Below are positions 12,401 to 24,980 of a DNA stretch of 64,000 nucleotides, piece after piece (the first letter of the stretch is position 1; each line of letters opens with the position of its first letter). This DNA is from Lingula anatina (lineage: Eukaryota > Animalia > Brachiopoda): assembly GCA_051362555.1 (NCBI GenBank), contig CM120644.1, forward strand, positions 10,114,954 to 10,178,953. Reading direction: 5' to 3'. The notes beneath the pieces are model-generated. The model worked only from the letters and a program-made list of their open reading frames with translations, ran no database searches and was not told where the DNA came from. The translations under genes were made by a program, and so were the position numbers.

Positions 12401-15400
12401 AAGCACAATTACTAGACAATCATGCTGAGCTGTCTTTAAGTGAACCGGTACAGACTGTAAAGTATAAGGTATACCAAGGGCTCAAATCCAATGATTAGCA
12501 CGCCTCTTCTTGTTTCCAACATCCTCACCACTTTTCTATATTCATCTCAGTGTAAGGAAGTGGGGTATTAATCTGATTGCATTCAGCATGTTGGATTGAA
12601 TTTAGAATTTATCCTGAGTTACCAATTATTAAAATCTAACCCCATAACCTCACCATGTTTTTTTCTGCTATAATCTGTGTCTGTCTGTGTCTGTCTGTCT
12701 GCTTGTCTCTCTGTCTGCTTGTCTGACTGTCTTGGCTTTATTTTCTTTGTAAAACTAGTCTTGCTCGCCAATGTGCTTTATTTCACACAAGATGCATTTC
12801 CAGTTATTTCTGTATATGTTTTAAGATATCTGGTTTATAATAAAAAACAACAACAAAAAACATGTATCATAATGATATATACATTGACAGATTCACTTGA
12901 TGTATGCTTGTTCAGAGTAACTATATTGTCCATTTGTGTCAGTTTTCCTCAACAGCACAGTAATGTATGTTCCAGACTTGTCTTGGACTTTGACCTGATC
13001 ATCTGGGCGTGTGGAAAGTTTCCTCTAGTAGTGACCACATGGTTGTGGATGAAAGGTAGTGCCATAGCTTTGTACCCTTTCTTCTACTACTGGAGCACCA
13101 CCAGGAATCATTATAAAGTGGGTGAGTGGCATGCTAGATATCATTATAAAGTGGGTGAGTGGCATGCTAGATATCATTATAAAGTGGGTGAGTGGCATGC
13201 TAGATATCATTATAAAGTGGGTGAATAGCATGCTAGAAATCATTATAAAGAAGGTGAGTGGCATGCTAGATATTATGAAGTGGGTGAGTGGCATGCTAGA
13301 AATCATTATAAAGAAGGTGAGTGGCATGCTAGATATTAAGAAGTGGGTGAGTGGCATGCTAGATATCATGATAAAGTGGGTGAGTAGCATGCTAGATATC
13401 ATTATAAAGTGGGTGAGAAGCATGCTATATATCATTTTAAAGTGGGTGAATGACATGCTAGATATCATTATAAAGTGGGTGAGTGGCATGCTATATATCA
13501 TTTTATAGTGGGTGAGTGGCATGCTAGATATCATTGTAAAGTGGGTAAGTGGCATGCTAGATATCATTGTAAAGTGGGTAAGTGGCATGCTAGATATCAT
13601 TATGAAGTGGGTGAGGGGCATGCTAGACAGCGTTATAAAGTGGGTGAGTGACATTAAATACCATTAAAAAGTGGGTGAGCTATAATGTAGATAGGTTTGT
13701 GAGTGACATGCTACATGTACATGCTATTATAAAGTGGGTGAATAACGTGTGGCACCATTATAAAGTGGGTGAGTGATGCATTAGATATGTAAAGTGGAGG
13801 AGTTACATTCTGGACACCATGATTATTAAGTGGTTAAGTGACATGCTGGATACCATTATAAAGTTGGTGAGTGTTAGAATGTTTAATTGTACCAATTATC
13901 CTTTAACTGTACCAATATGTAATATATGCGAATACTTTAATGTTTTCCATTTTTCAGGTATTTATGACTACCTGTGGTTGTCCTTGTTCGTGGCCTACAT
14001 TTTCGCATTCCTCATTCTTCCTGTGCAGGCAATAACAGAGAACCAGATACCTCCAGGGTCAACACTACTACTGGTCACTGAACAGGTGAGTTAGACCGGT
14101 GTTCAGTGAATAGGTAGGGGAGTGGGTACTGGAGACCCACAATAGGAAATATCTCAGGGTTGAAATACACTTCTGTTCCATTTTGCTGCTGGTCATTAAA
14201 TTGGTCAGTTTTACCATTGATCAATGAACAGGAGGTTGAGAGGGTACTGGAGGCTATACTGGTTTGGTCAGTTTGACATTTGATGAAGGTACATATAAAT
14301 CATCATTTTTTTCTGGGGTCTTCACTGTGTAGGCAACAAAGTAGAATTGACTACAGCTGGAAAGCGCAGTGGGTTGCCCTAAAACTCTCTGGATATTATA
14401 TGTGCTTATTTCCTTGAATTCAATCATTTGTAGTTGTGTTTCCCTGTGGTAGTTTAAAATTAATGTTAAATGTTGTATTGTTTCTCCATATAGCATTATC
14501 AGGCTTCTTAATATTTTGTTCTGATGATAATTTCAACAGGTGAGGTTGGTGATGAAAACATATGCCTTTGTGAGGTCCAACACTACCAGAGCCTTGAAAT
14601 ACAGGCCTCCTGTAGGTAAGTGCAAGCTACCAGCAGGTAAGTGCAGGGTGCCTGCAGGTAAGTGCAAACTACCTGCAGGTAAGTGCAGGGCACCTGCAGG
14701 TAAGGAACATAACTCACCTTTGAAAATCGGGCATTTCTGAGCTTGAGGATGCAAACTTTTTAGGATTTATCCTAAATTTCATGATGTGGGATGTAAGACA
14801 TACCTGTTTAGGGTTCTACCTGGGTCCTGGCACCCCTTTTTCCAATAAGTACAGACTTATTTAGAATTTTTAAAAATTTTTGAATTAGTTAATATTTCTT
14901 TCTTTTTTTTTTTTTTTTGTAATATAAGACAATGGTAAGCATTTAGAGCTCTGACTTCCATTACGTTTGTTTTATTTTTTCAGAAGGTGAAAACAGTGAA
15001 GGGGAGGGAAGTGATGGCCAGAGTTCAAATGATGGCCCATGTCCAAACTTTTCAAACTACCTGTACTTCCTATTTGTCCCAACACTTGTGTACAGGGACA
15101 GTTATCCAAGGTGACTTTGATTTTCTGAATGTTGGTCAGAAATTTGATTTTAGTGATAAATATTGCAAACGAAAACATTTCAAATTTACTTTTCTCATGA
15201 TCTGCTGGTAATATAGTTCAATTAGCTCTTTCTCAGTGAAAGATCACATCATGAGTATACATGTATGTCAGATTATATGCTGCTTGGGTTGAAAGAAAGT
15301 GGTTAATGATTACTTGTCACTTTTGAACTTCTTTTACTGGATACTGCCATATCTGATATTGTGTCAAGACTCAGAGATACATCGATAAATATGTTCGAAA

Positions 15401-17924
15401 ATTATGAAAGCAAAACTAGAAGTAAAAGATAAAGGTTTTGCTAATTGAAACAAAAAATGAAATCCACTGATTTTTCTCTGCAGGAGCCCCACAATTAATT
15501 GGAGATATGTGGTAACAAACTTTGCCCAGGTGGCGGGCTGTCTTATCTACCTGTACTACCTACTGGCCAGGTTCTGTGTACCTGTGTTCAGGAATTTCAA
15601 CCATGAAAGTGTCACCCTGAAGCAGCTGCTACTGTCCTCATTTGGTTGCATGCTGCCAGGCACTCTAATACTGCTGATAGGTGGGTTGAGCAGAAGGGTG
15701 CATTTATTTATTTTTTTTTTTCAGAAAAGAACTTCAGTACAGAGTTGTTCTTAGCTTGAATTCTAAAATTTCAATTGTACTTTGACTTTAGTAAGATCTT
15801 TAGATAAGTTATTTAAAGAAGTAAAACTTGCCATGACATATATTCAGACCAAAATTATCTGTTAGACAACTGCAATTTCTCCTGTACATTATATATATAT
15901 ATATATGTATAACTGAACTCTGTAATGATAATGTTATCATTTATTGTCTATGATCTAGATTCCTTGGGTGTATATTATTTCCTGTCTATGCTTCCAGCAT
16001 TCTTTGCCATACTACACTCCTGGTTGAATGCCTTTGCTGAGATGCTCAGGTTTGCCGATCGTCTTTTTTACAAGGTACAGAAATATACATGTTCATCTTC
16101 ACTGAAGGTTGTTTCTTTCAATTTTGAGCAAGATCGTAAATCTAGTTGAATATATTAATATATCAGTGATTATTATAATGAGAGTTGAATAGTGTTGAGA
16201 TTCTATTAACCTTTGAAACAAAGGGTGTTTTAGAGTGTTAAACTCTACTGTGACATATAAGATAATAATATTAATTCCAGGATTGGTGGAACTCCAAGTC
16301 GTATGCTATCTGGTACAGAACATGGAACTGTGTAGTCCATGACTGGCTGTTTACTTATGTCTACAAGGACATCTCCTCGTTACTTAAGGTGAGACAAAAG
16401 CCGCAGGCACAGACTAAATTCATCAGCTAGTCTAGGTTTTCCACCACAAGGAGAAGCTTGGGGAGGTGGAGTTAGAGAGTTGACATTTGAAAAGCTCAGT
16501 TTGACTTTAAGTTGTTTTATTTTAGTATTTTTTTTAAACCTTAACCAGGGCCAACAGATAATTGGTTTTACTATATGGAATTTAAAGAAAGAAATCCTCT
16601 AAGCCATATCATGCCAAACATTGGTTGACTGAAGCCTGTTTAATTTAAAAATCTTAAGTGATTGAAAACCCTTTGAATAGTTATTATAAATCTTTTGAAT
16701 TTCAGTACTTGAACATCCAGTGTGGGCGAGCTACGCCTATGGCAGTAGTCTTTCTGTTGTCAGCCATCTTTCATGAGTACATTGTTACTATGACGATGGG
16801 ATTCTTCTATCCTGTGTTGTTTGTTATGTTTGGAGGAATTGGATGTAAGTATTAGATGCACCACACATGTTGGTGTTGGAAAACTAACTCTATACAATGG
16901 CACAATTAATGCAATATGATGATACATGTGACACAAAAGGTGTGGAGTCTTTTCCAAGCAGTTGACTCACCCCATGCTGAAAATTCACATCTAACTCTTA
17001 AAACATGACTGTTCAGTTTTCTTTTAATGTAGTTCAAATCACACAATCACCTAATTTTTGACACTTAACCAATATGCCAGATTATTTATTTTTATATTCA
17101 TTTTTGCATAGAAATATTGGTAGCAGCCTGAATTTGTTCTGTCTCTCTCTATATTTGAGTTGGTTTCATGTTCCTTGGTCTGAAACCCACTCACCAAGCC
17201 TGGAATGTGTTTATGTGGATAACACTGATGATAGGGATGGGCTTGCTGATGTGTCTGTATAGCCTGGAGTGGTATGCCAGAAAAAACTGCCCTGTTACTG
17301 CGGTAAGGCTAGCATTTGTGTGCACACATTCACATGCACACACACACACACTTTTGCAATCTGTTTTCAAACAATTTGTCCTTGTGTCCGGTCTATCCCC
17401 AGGCTGTTGGCCCCATTCACTACCTGTTGGCCCTGTACCTGTACCTAGCCCTGTGCCTACCTGTACCTAGCCCTGTGCCTACCTGTGTCTAACCCTGTGG
17501 CCTTGTTCCCAGCCTGTTGGACCCCATTCCCAGCCTGTTGGCCCTGTGCCTGCACCTGTACCTAGCCCTGTGACCTTGTTCCTAGCCACTTGGCCCTACT
17601 CCCAGCCATCCTTCAGTACCATGCCCAGCCTAGCTGTTGGCCCCCATCTCTTGACTGTAGACACCATTCCTAGCCTTTTAGCCCTTTCCCCAGCCAATGG
17701 ATCTTTAGCCCTTCAACTGGATAGAGGAATTTTAATCATAAATCCACTGATATGTTTTGAAATAACTAACAACCACTTGCTGAAAAAGAAATACAGGGGG
17801 CAAACTTTTGAACCTTTTCTGCTGATTTCAGGACTCCTTCTTGGACAAACTTATTCCCAGGACGTGGACATGTGAGCTGAGGCTGTGGCAGAATGACCTT
17901 CACCCTGGAGTGACAGGACAGTAG
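7142..17924 (+). CDS. SOAT1: Sterol O-acyltransferase (ACAT/SOAT, MBOAT family), ~549 aa, 15 exons
   Basis: Exons 7142-7202, 8122-8189, 8674-8798, 9076-9129, 9664-9771, 12976-13121, 13958-14085, 14540-14615, 14984-15110, 15484-15680, 15998-16074, 16281-16388, 16706-16844, 17160-17302 and 17832-17924 splice in frame (1650 nt). Diagnostic motifs: [77 protein letters not shown] and catalytic SAIFHEY. Confidence 0.95.
7677..7843 (+). mobile_element. ~167-bp MITE, family C (CAGGGGCGGAT-type TIR, 5-bp TSD)
   Basis: Ends CAGAGGCGG...TCTGCCCCTG with direct repeat CATTG on both sides. Internal sequence is shared with copies at 12152, 24234 and 46854. Confidence 0.85.
9375..9429. repeat. (ATTT)n microsatellite
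   Basis: Seen directly. Confidence 0.9.
12152..12319 (-). mobile_element. MITE family C copy (reverse orientation)
   Basis: CAGGGGCGGAT...ATCCGCCCCTG with 5-bp TSD CAGCT. Confidence 0.9.
13107..13875 (+). repeat. 33-bp minisatellite spanning the SOAT1 exon 6 splice donor
   Basis: Unit ATCATTATAAAGTGG|GTGAGTGGCATGCTAGAT, roughly 20 or more copies that decay towards the 3' end. The first copy contains the exon end at 13121. Confidence 0.9.
14609..14705 (+). repeat. 21-bp tandem repeat spanning the SOAT1 exon 8 splice donor
   Basis: Unit CCTGCAG|GTAAGTGCARRSYR, with GT donors at 14616, 14637, 14658, 14679 and 14700. Confidence 0.9.
17395..17700. repeat. Degenerate C-rich tandem repeats in the last SOAT1 intron
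   Basis: Repeated CCTGTACCTAGCCCTGTG and CCCAGCCTGTTGG motifs. Confidence 0.6.
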
Positions 17925-17990
17925 GCTTCAGAAATAGTTTCAGGTATCATATAGGCACTGGAGGGGGGTTAGTATGCTCAATGTTCAAGA

Positions 17991-18230
17991 ACATTTCCAG
18001 GCACCAGGAAGTAATAGGTCATTTCCAGGTACTAGGAACTAATAGGAAGTATTCAGGCTCAGGGCACTATATAATAAGTATAATGGGAAATATCCAGTCA
18101 CTGGGTAGTAATAGGACATTCCAGGTACCAAGTAGTAATATGACATTTCCAGGCACCAGGAAGTAATAGGGCATTTCCTGGCACCAGGAAGTAATTGGGC
18201 ATTTCCAGGATTAATAGGATATTTCCAGGT
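17991..18230. repeat. ~28-bp tandem repeat in the presumed SOAT1 3' UTR
   Basis: Unit CATTTCCAGGCACCAGGAAGTAATAGG, about 8 degenerate copies just after the stop codon. Confidence 0.75.
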
Positions 18231-21200
18231 TACTTGATAACCATACTACCCAGGGATTGACACACAATACATGTATGTTATCACATCATATATGGCTGTA
18301 ATAATGCATCTTTATCAAGATGCCTTATCAAGGTGGAGTCTTGTATACTTGGCAGCTATTGACTCCTCTTCCACTTTTGCTCACCACGTTTTCAGTTTAT
18401 CCAGGAAGTGACAGAGAATATGGGATTTTAAGAAAAGATCAGATGACATGTAATCAACAAAATACAATTAGAGCAATATAGTTTGTACAGCAGTAAGTAC
18501 AGAGATTCACAATTTGTCATTAGGGTCATTCCACAAAATGGAATTTGACACATTGAACAAATGAAATGATTCACTTTGTATAGAACAAACTTGTTATGCA
18601 CTGCTTTAAAAAAGTGTGTATAATTCCTTTTTTAATGAGATAGTATTAAACTATGTCCACTTCTGTGTCTACTTTATCATATTAATTGCTATTGTTATGA
18701 CATACTCTGATGATTTTCTTGTTTTGAAGACCAACTTAAAATGTGTATCTTATCTTCTAAACACTCCCTGTATCCAAAGTTTTCTGAGCCCAGCAAAAGG
18801 TAATGTCAGCTGCATCATTTGCATAATATTGATAAGCATAATTGTAGTTATTCAATATGCAGTGCACCATACCTGTATAGTCTAAGGTAGAGATGTGTCA
18901 CATACCATCAAAGAATTATACACAACAGGCAGAGGCCAGATGGCATTTCAGTCTTCAAGGTTATACAGACTTTTGGTCACTTTGGTACACTGGTGAAATC
19001 CATCCCTCCAGACCTGCTCAAAGGCCTCAGAAACTTAAACTTAAGTCTTAAAATGTATGATAATGAAAGCTGTCGCTCAGTTTCCAGATTATCTGATAAA
19101 ATCAAATTGTAATGAGCACTTTTGATCTTAAGAGTCTGTCACTTGTGTGTCATAAGATATGCTTAAATTTTGCGAAAAGGTATTCTCTTGATGACTGTGG
19201 TCAGTGTTGATACTTATTGTTAAGGTGAGTACAAATGCCACACAGCCATATTGTATTAACTTTTATTGGTGCTAAATACAAGAAAGAAAGTCGGTTCCGA
19301 ACTTTTGTTTTAGGAAGAATATAGGTGATATTGCATTGTCATTTTTCTGAAACAAATAAAACTTGCTTTTGTTTGTAGGCAAGCAATTGACATGTTGATT
19401 CTGGGATGTGTTATTGGTCTCTTGAGGGAAGATGAGCTATTTATTAGAAAATGTGAAAAGGAATCAATCAATAGTATGTTAGCAGTCATGACTGCTGTTG
19501 TTTAAAATTGGTGAAAGTAATTTAAGGACACCGCAAAGTGTAATGTAATTATGGACAGAGAGGCAGTTTTGTGACAAAGAACTTCAATGACAGATCCAAA
19601 TCATTTTTTGTTTAATAATTATAAAGCAGTTGTTAAAAACTGCCTTTGTAATAAAATAATGTTATGTACGTGCACTTACTCAAGCAAAAGAAGGTAGATT
19701 GGGTGAAGTGATAACTATTGTTAGATAGTTAATATTTAAAGTAATTACTCTCAAATTACAAAAAAATCTTTTTTAATTATTCTTAAGTATCACAGTAGCA
19801 TATTAAAATTTTCTGACAACTTCAGACCAACTCATTTTTCACAACTTTCAAAGTACCTTAAGGAACTACTTGCATATTTTTATTATGATCACAGAAAAAT
19901 TATGAGGTTTACTACAAGGACTTTGTACATCCTTCTTAATTGATGAACTCTTTAGACTTTAATTTTATTACTACACATGGCAACTAATCATTACTGGCAT
20001 TGCATGCATATCAGTATATTTACTGTGAAAATTGCTTTGATTGGATGAAATGTACGGAAGTTTTTCATTTAACTAAATGGGCCAATAGAACTAGATTTTG
20101 TTGTCCTCGAATAAATACCACATTTTTCTTTTATAGATGTAGGTTTGGTTAGGGCATTGGGACCATTATTTGCATTTATGCATCCTCTGGCAAGGAGCGC
20201 AAGTTACTTGTCAAAATTTAAAACGGTTATTGTGTATGCGCAATTGATTAGTTTTATAGTGTTAAGGTAAAAGATACATGGGGACCAGAAAGCAGATAAT
20301 CACGAATTGTAGCCTGCCTCTATGTCTTGATGTTATGAAGGAATTGGCTATTTTGAGTTACAGTCATCCTTTAGTTGGTTTACATATGCCATGTAGTGTT
20401 GTTTGGGAAGTAATATGTTGTAGTATTAACTGAATATATGACAAGTTTTCATTGCTGAATGTGTATTATATGTTACTTTTGATGAGCTAATTTTTGTTGG
20501 GCTTTTTCTGAACAATTTATTTGTATGCTTTCTATGATCATGATTTTTATTTTTACATTTTCTGTATGTGCAACACTGTATATGCCTCATCAATGCAACT
20601 TATTGATATTAAAAATACTATATTATACTGTTTACAGAATTATCTCTTTTCCCTTCATATCAGTATTTTTTTTTTCGAGTGAAAATGCTATTATTTTGAT
20701 GTCATTATTTTGACATAAGTTGTGACTTGGTTTGAACTTCCCCACCATTCAGCTGTCTCAATGTCTCGGTATCTCAGTTGCAACAAAGAGCACTAGACTT
20801 GTCAAAGACCAAAATCTAATTATTAAACAAGACCGCGCAATAGATATGCCACACGTAGCAGTGACAGTAAAATTGTTTATAACTGAGCATAATTGCCTAA
20901 TATGTATTAACCAATTCTTCAAAAACTAATTTAACTATCCATTAATTAAGACATTATGGACATGATTATTTGCTTATTAAATTAATGTCAATAAACACCC
21001 TTCCCCCTTCCCAACAATGCAAAACAATCAAACTAACTTTGTTAAAACTTTATTATAATATTATAAAATCTGAAGGCTACTATACCTTTCTGTACATTTA
21101 CATAAACAGCACTGAATTCAACATGGTATACAGTAAACCATTATTTTTAACATAAGGAAAAATATTCATCTTTTTCATATTAAATCATAACATTCCCAGG

Positions 21201-21803
21201 CTTAGTTTCATTAAGCAATACCTAACCTGCAGTTTGCAAGCACAAATACACAAAAATAGTTTGTTATAAATAGTTGTTTTCAGTATCTCTATATACAAAT
21301 GACATTCAGCACCATGGCTTTGATATTACTGTAACATTAGCATCCTGGGGTATTTCAGCTTTACACTAAACATCTTACTTATGACAGCGTTAACACAGCA
21401 GCAGTGTGATGCCTTGACCGTGTCAGCTCCTTACGAAGTCCCAAACAACCTGAATACGACTGAAGTACACATATACACACACTAAATTTCTTTACTAGTA
21501 CGTGTGTGTATATAGATAAATAGTAATCCTTACACAGAATACAGAACAGTTGAATGTTCATTTAAATAGGATAATATATTATTTTGACAATTTCATGGTC
21601 TGGTCTTACTAATTGAAGTGAATGGCAAGTTAAATGGGCACCTGTCTTTAAAACAGATGTCAAATGGGCACCTATCTTTAAAACGGATTATGTTTTCAGG
21701 TACGTCAAGACAAAATAGAAACATGGACCGAATAAGGTCTAAATTTAATAATTGTTCATCTATAAATCTTGTAGAACAGTTTCATTAGCTATGTTATTGT
21801 AAC

Positions 21804-22197
21804 AGACTTGTGAAGATTCTTTTGTCTATAGCTATTTATATTAGTTTGATCTTACCATCCAATATTTCATCTGCTTGCAGTCAGATTTCATCAGGGAATG
21901 AGGTTGTGACAGGTATGACAACCTGTCACCCCCTCTGGTGTGCTATATTAGTCGCTTACATGGGGCCAAGTTGAATCGGAATGATGGGACTGAGCTACCC
22001 AACCTCTACCTACCACTCCTAAGGGAGGGGCAGGAAAGGGGGGGATCTGACCAAATAGCACACCAGAGGGGGTGACAGGTTGTCATACCTGTCACAACCT
22101 CATTCCCTGATGAAATCTGACTGCAAGCAGAGGAAATATTGGATGGTAAGATCAAACTAATATAAATAGCTATAGACAAAAGAATCTTCACAAGTCT
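21804..22197. repeat. Long inverted repeat (~150-bp arms, ~95-bp spacer), foldback/MITE-like
   Basis: Bases 21804-21953 (AGACTTGTGAAGATTC...TGCTATATTAGTC) are a near-perfect reverse complement of 22049-22197. Confidence 0.9.
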
Positions 22198-22564
22198 CTA
22201 TAAATCTTGTTTTAGAATACAGAAAAGACTGACCAGTTTCATGGTGGTGGTCCATCTATTTCTTTGCTGAACCCATCAGTTTCCATAACATAAAAAAACT
22301 TTTCTTTTTCTTTCAAATACCTGTTCAACTTTAAAAGCCCATGAAGTAATTTAAACAACATTTTTCGGTTTATGAAATGCTTTGGGAAGGTGAATAATAA
22401 TTCCCTCCAAAATTACAACTTGCCAAGCTCACGTGGCCATTTGTCACATCCATGCTTTAACATTTACCAAGTCATATTTTACAGGAATCCTTTCAAAATA
22501 CATCTTTTACCATGCCACTGTTTTAGAGGAATCCTTTCCCTATGTGTCTTCTCCAAGCCATATT

Positions 22565-24921
22565 TTAGTATAGCTGCTCCACATTGCTGCTTCGCGGAAT
22601 GCGTATCTTATTAATATTTTTGATGATGATATCATGCAATGTAGCCTGAAACAAATCAAAACATACATATAAATAAAACTATTTCACTCCATTTTTAATT
22701 TGTGAAAATCAAACCAACTTAAACTTTATTTTAAATCTTAAAATGATCAGGATGAAAATGGACCTTTCAAACCTGAAAATGCAAGCGGAACCTGAAAATG
22801 AAGACGTGCAGATTCATAAGGGGGCCATAAATACAACACCCAAATATCCCCAATTTGATAAATCCTCAAGATTTTCATCCCAATGTCAGTGGCACACCTG
22901 GAAATATGCCTACAGTAGATCACTAACACAAAGCCATACTTACATATTGGTTTCTTAGTTCACAGCATACTAGCCGGAGTGTGATGAATTCCTTCTCATC
23001 CAGCTCACGGATACTTTGCCTGTAGTCAGCCTGACAGAATAATAAATTTAAGCATAATCCAAACTCTAAGTGTAGGAAACATAGAAAATATTAAATAGAT
23101 CAATAGATTGGATGACAAAAATGAATAAATAAATCAAAATTAAAGATAGATCAAAACAATCATGATGTTTATTATAAATAAACTGCACAAAGTTATTCCT
23201 AGATATGTAACAAAAGCAAAATAAAAAGATAGGTTTTGTTAATAAAGATGGTGCAGAGCCATCATTTATTGTAATTATAATAATGATAATAAACAGAAAT
23301 ATAAAATAACAGAAACATTTTTCCAGCACTTCATTACAAAAAAAAAAAAAAAAAAAAAAAAATTATGTTTACCACATGTGGGTACTTGGCCACTTTTGAG
23401 ATGAGTTTCCCCCTGTGAATGAAGTAGCGGGTCATCTGGTCTAAGAAGGTCGCCGTCTCACTCTCCACTTGACGCGCTTCTGCTAACGTGTCCTCCTGCA
23501 GGCCAAATAACACATCTCAGCACTTATATCAGTATATAATACTTACATAATAGTTATTTCTTACTTAACCTAAACAAAACTGACAACTGCTTTCAATAAT
23601 TTGAAACTATTTAAAACTCAGTCTATTTAACTCAGCATAGAATAAATTACTATTTTAATCATTGAAATAATTATAAGTTCCAACATCAATTATAGCATTT
23701 ACTCAGTTAGTGAGAGAAATATAACAGTTAAAGTTACATTTCAGTAATACACCAGATTGCATATTACATATTTCATTATTACATATTTAATCACCAAAAA
23801 ATAATTGACTAGATATTGCCATCCACATATCACCAACTTCACACATTATAAATTAACTAAAGTCAATGCACCATTTTTTACCTGTATAGAAACTCCAAAA
23901 TTATTGCCGTCTTCTATTCTAGGAATAAGATATGTGATCCACATCTTCACCTGAAAACAACAGGCGGAAGCCATATTATCCGGGTCATGAATGGCTTAAC
24001 ATGTACAGTACACACATCTGTATAACTCATCATCATATTGTCTACTTGGTGCAATGCAAAAAAAAAAAAAAAACAAGGCAGCAAAGCTGTCAAATGTACA
24101 GACAAAAAACAGAAAATAAAGATGCAAAAAAGGTCATTTTGTCAATTTTGATGCAATAATAAATAATGCTTATAATAGCACTGTCAGTCAACACTGAATT
24201 TTAATCTTGCACAACAGGTAACATGGTCAATAACAGGAGCGGACCCAGAGATATTTTCTGACAGTATTACAAAGTATCTATGTTGATCCATCCTCCATTT
24301 TGATGGTCTTCCAACAGAAAAAATAGATACCAGTCAATATAAACTTAATAACCTGACTGTCTTCCGGAAGACCCAGAAGATGGTCTCAATCCACCCCTTC
24401 AATAAGATTACAGTTTCAGGACCATGAGAGTTCAAATTCACATTATGAAAGTCTCAATATTTGAAAAATGATGACAGTGCATAAAATAATATTACATCAT
24501 GTTTAAAAACATAAAAAACAATACAACTGCTTATGTAGAAATACAGAAAATGTGCAGAGCCCCAGGCAGATGAGAGCCTGCCTGGGGCTAAAAGTCACAA
24601 ATGCAAGTGTTTGAGAAAAAATTATAAAGGAAAACAACAAAACTAGAAAAGCACTTTGAGAGTGCAGACCTCTGCCAAGGCAGCAATTGTTGATTATATT
24701 GATAATTGATTGATTATTGATCCGGAAAACCACCGAAAATTAATCATTGTCCTCTTTGGCCCACTTCCGACAGTTCCTGAAAATTTCTGCAAAATCAGTC
24801 CATAACTTTTTGTGTTATGTGGATGACAGACAAACAGGGGTGAAAATATAACCTCCTTGGCAGAGCTTGAGGTAAATATAATTCCAATGAAGCTGCTATT
24901 CAAACTTTTAATCTTCCAGTT

Positions 24922-24980
<59 letters not shown>

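Noticed and set aside
13025-13654. Repetitive 209-aa and 128-aa ORFs
   Set aside because: They are by-products of the 33-bp intronic minisatellite.
13107-13875. CRISPR-like appearance of short regular repeats (also 40795-41100 and 3778-4062)
   Set aside because: Units are head-to-tail with no unique spacers, no cas genes are present, and the context is eukaryotic.
18300-21350. Short hydrophobic ORFs between SOAT1 and PSME3
   Set aside because: AT-rich UTR or intergenic sequence with no motifs or consistent splice structure.
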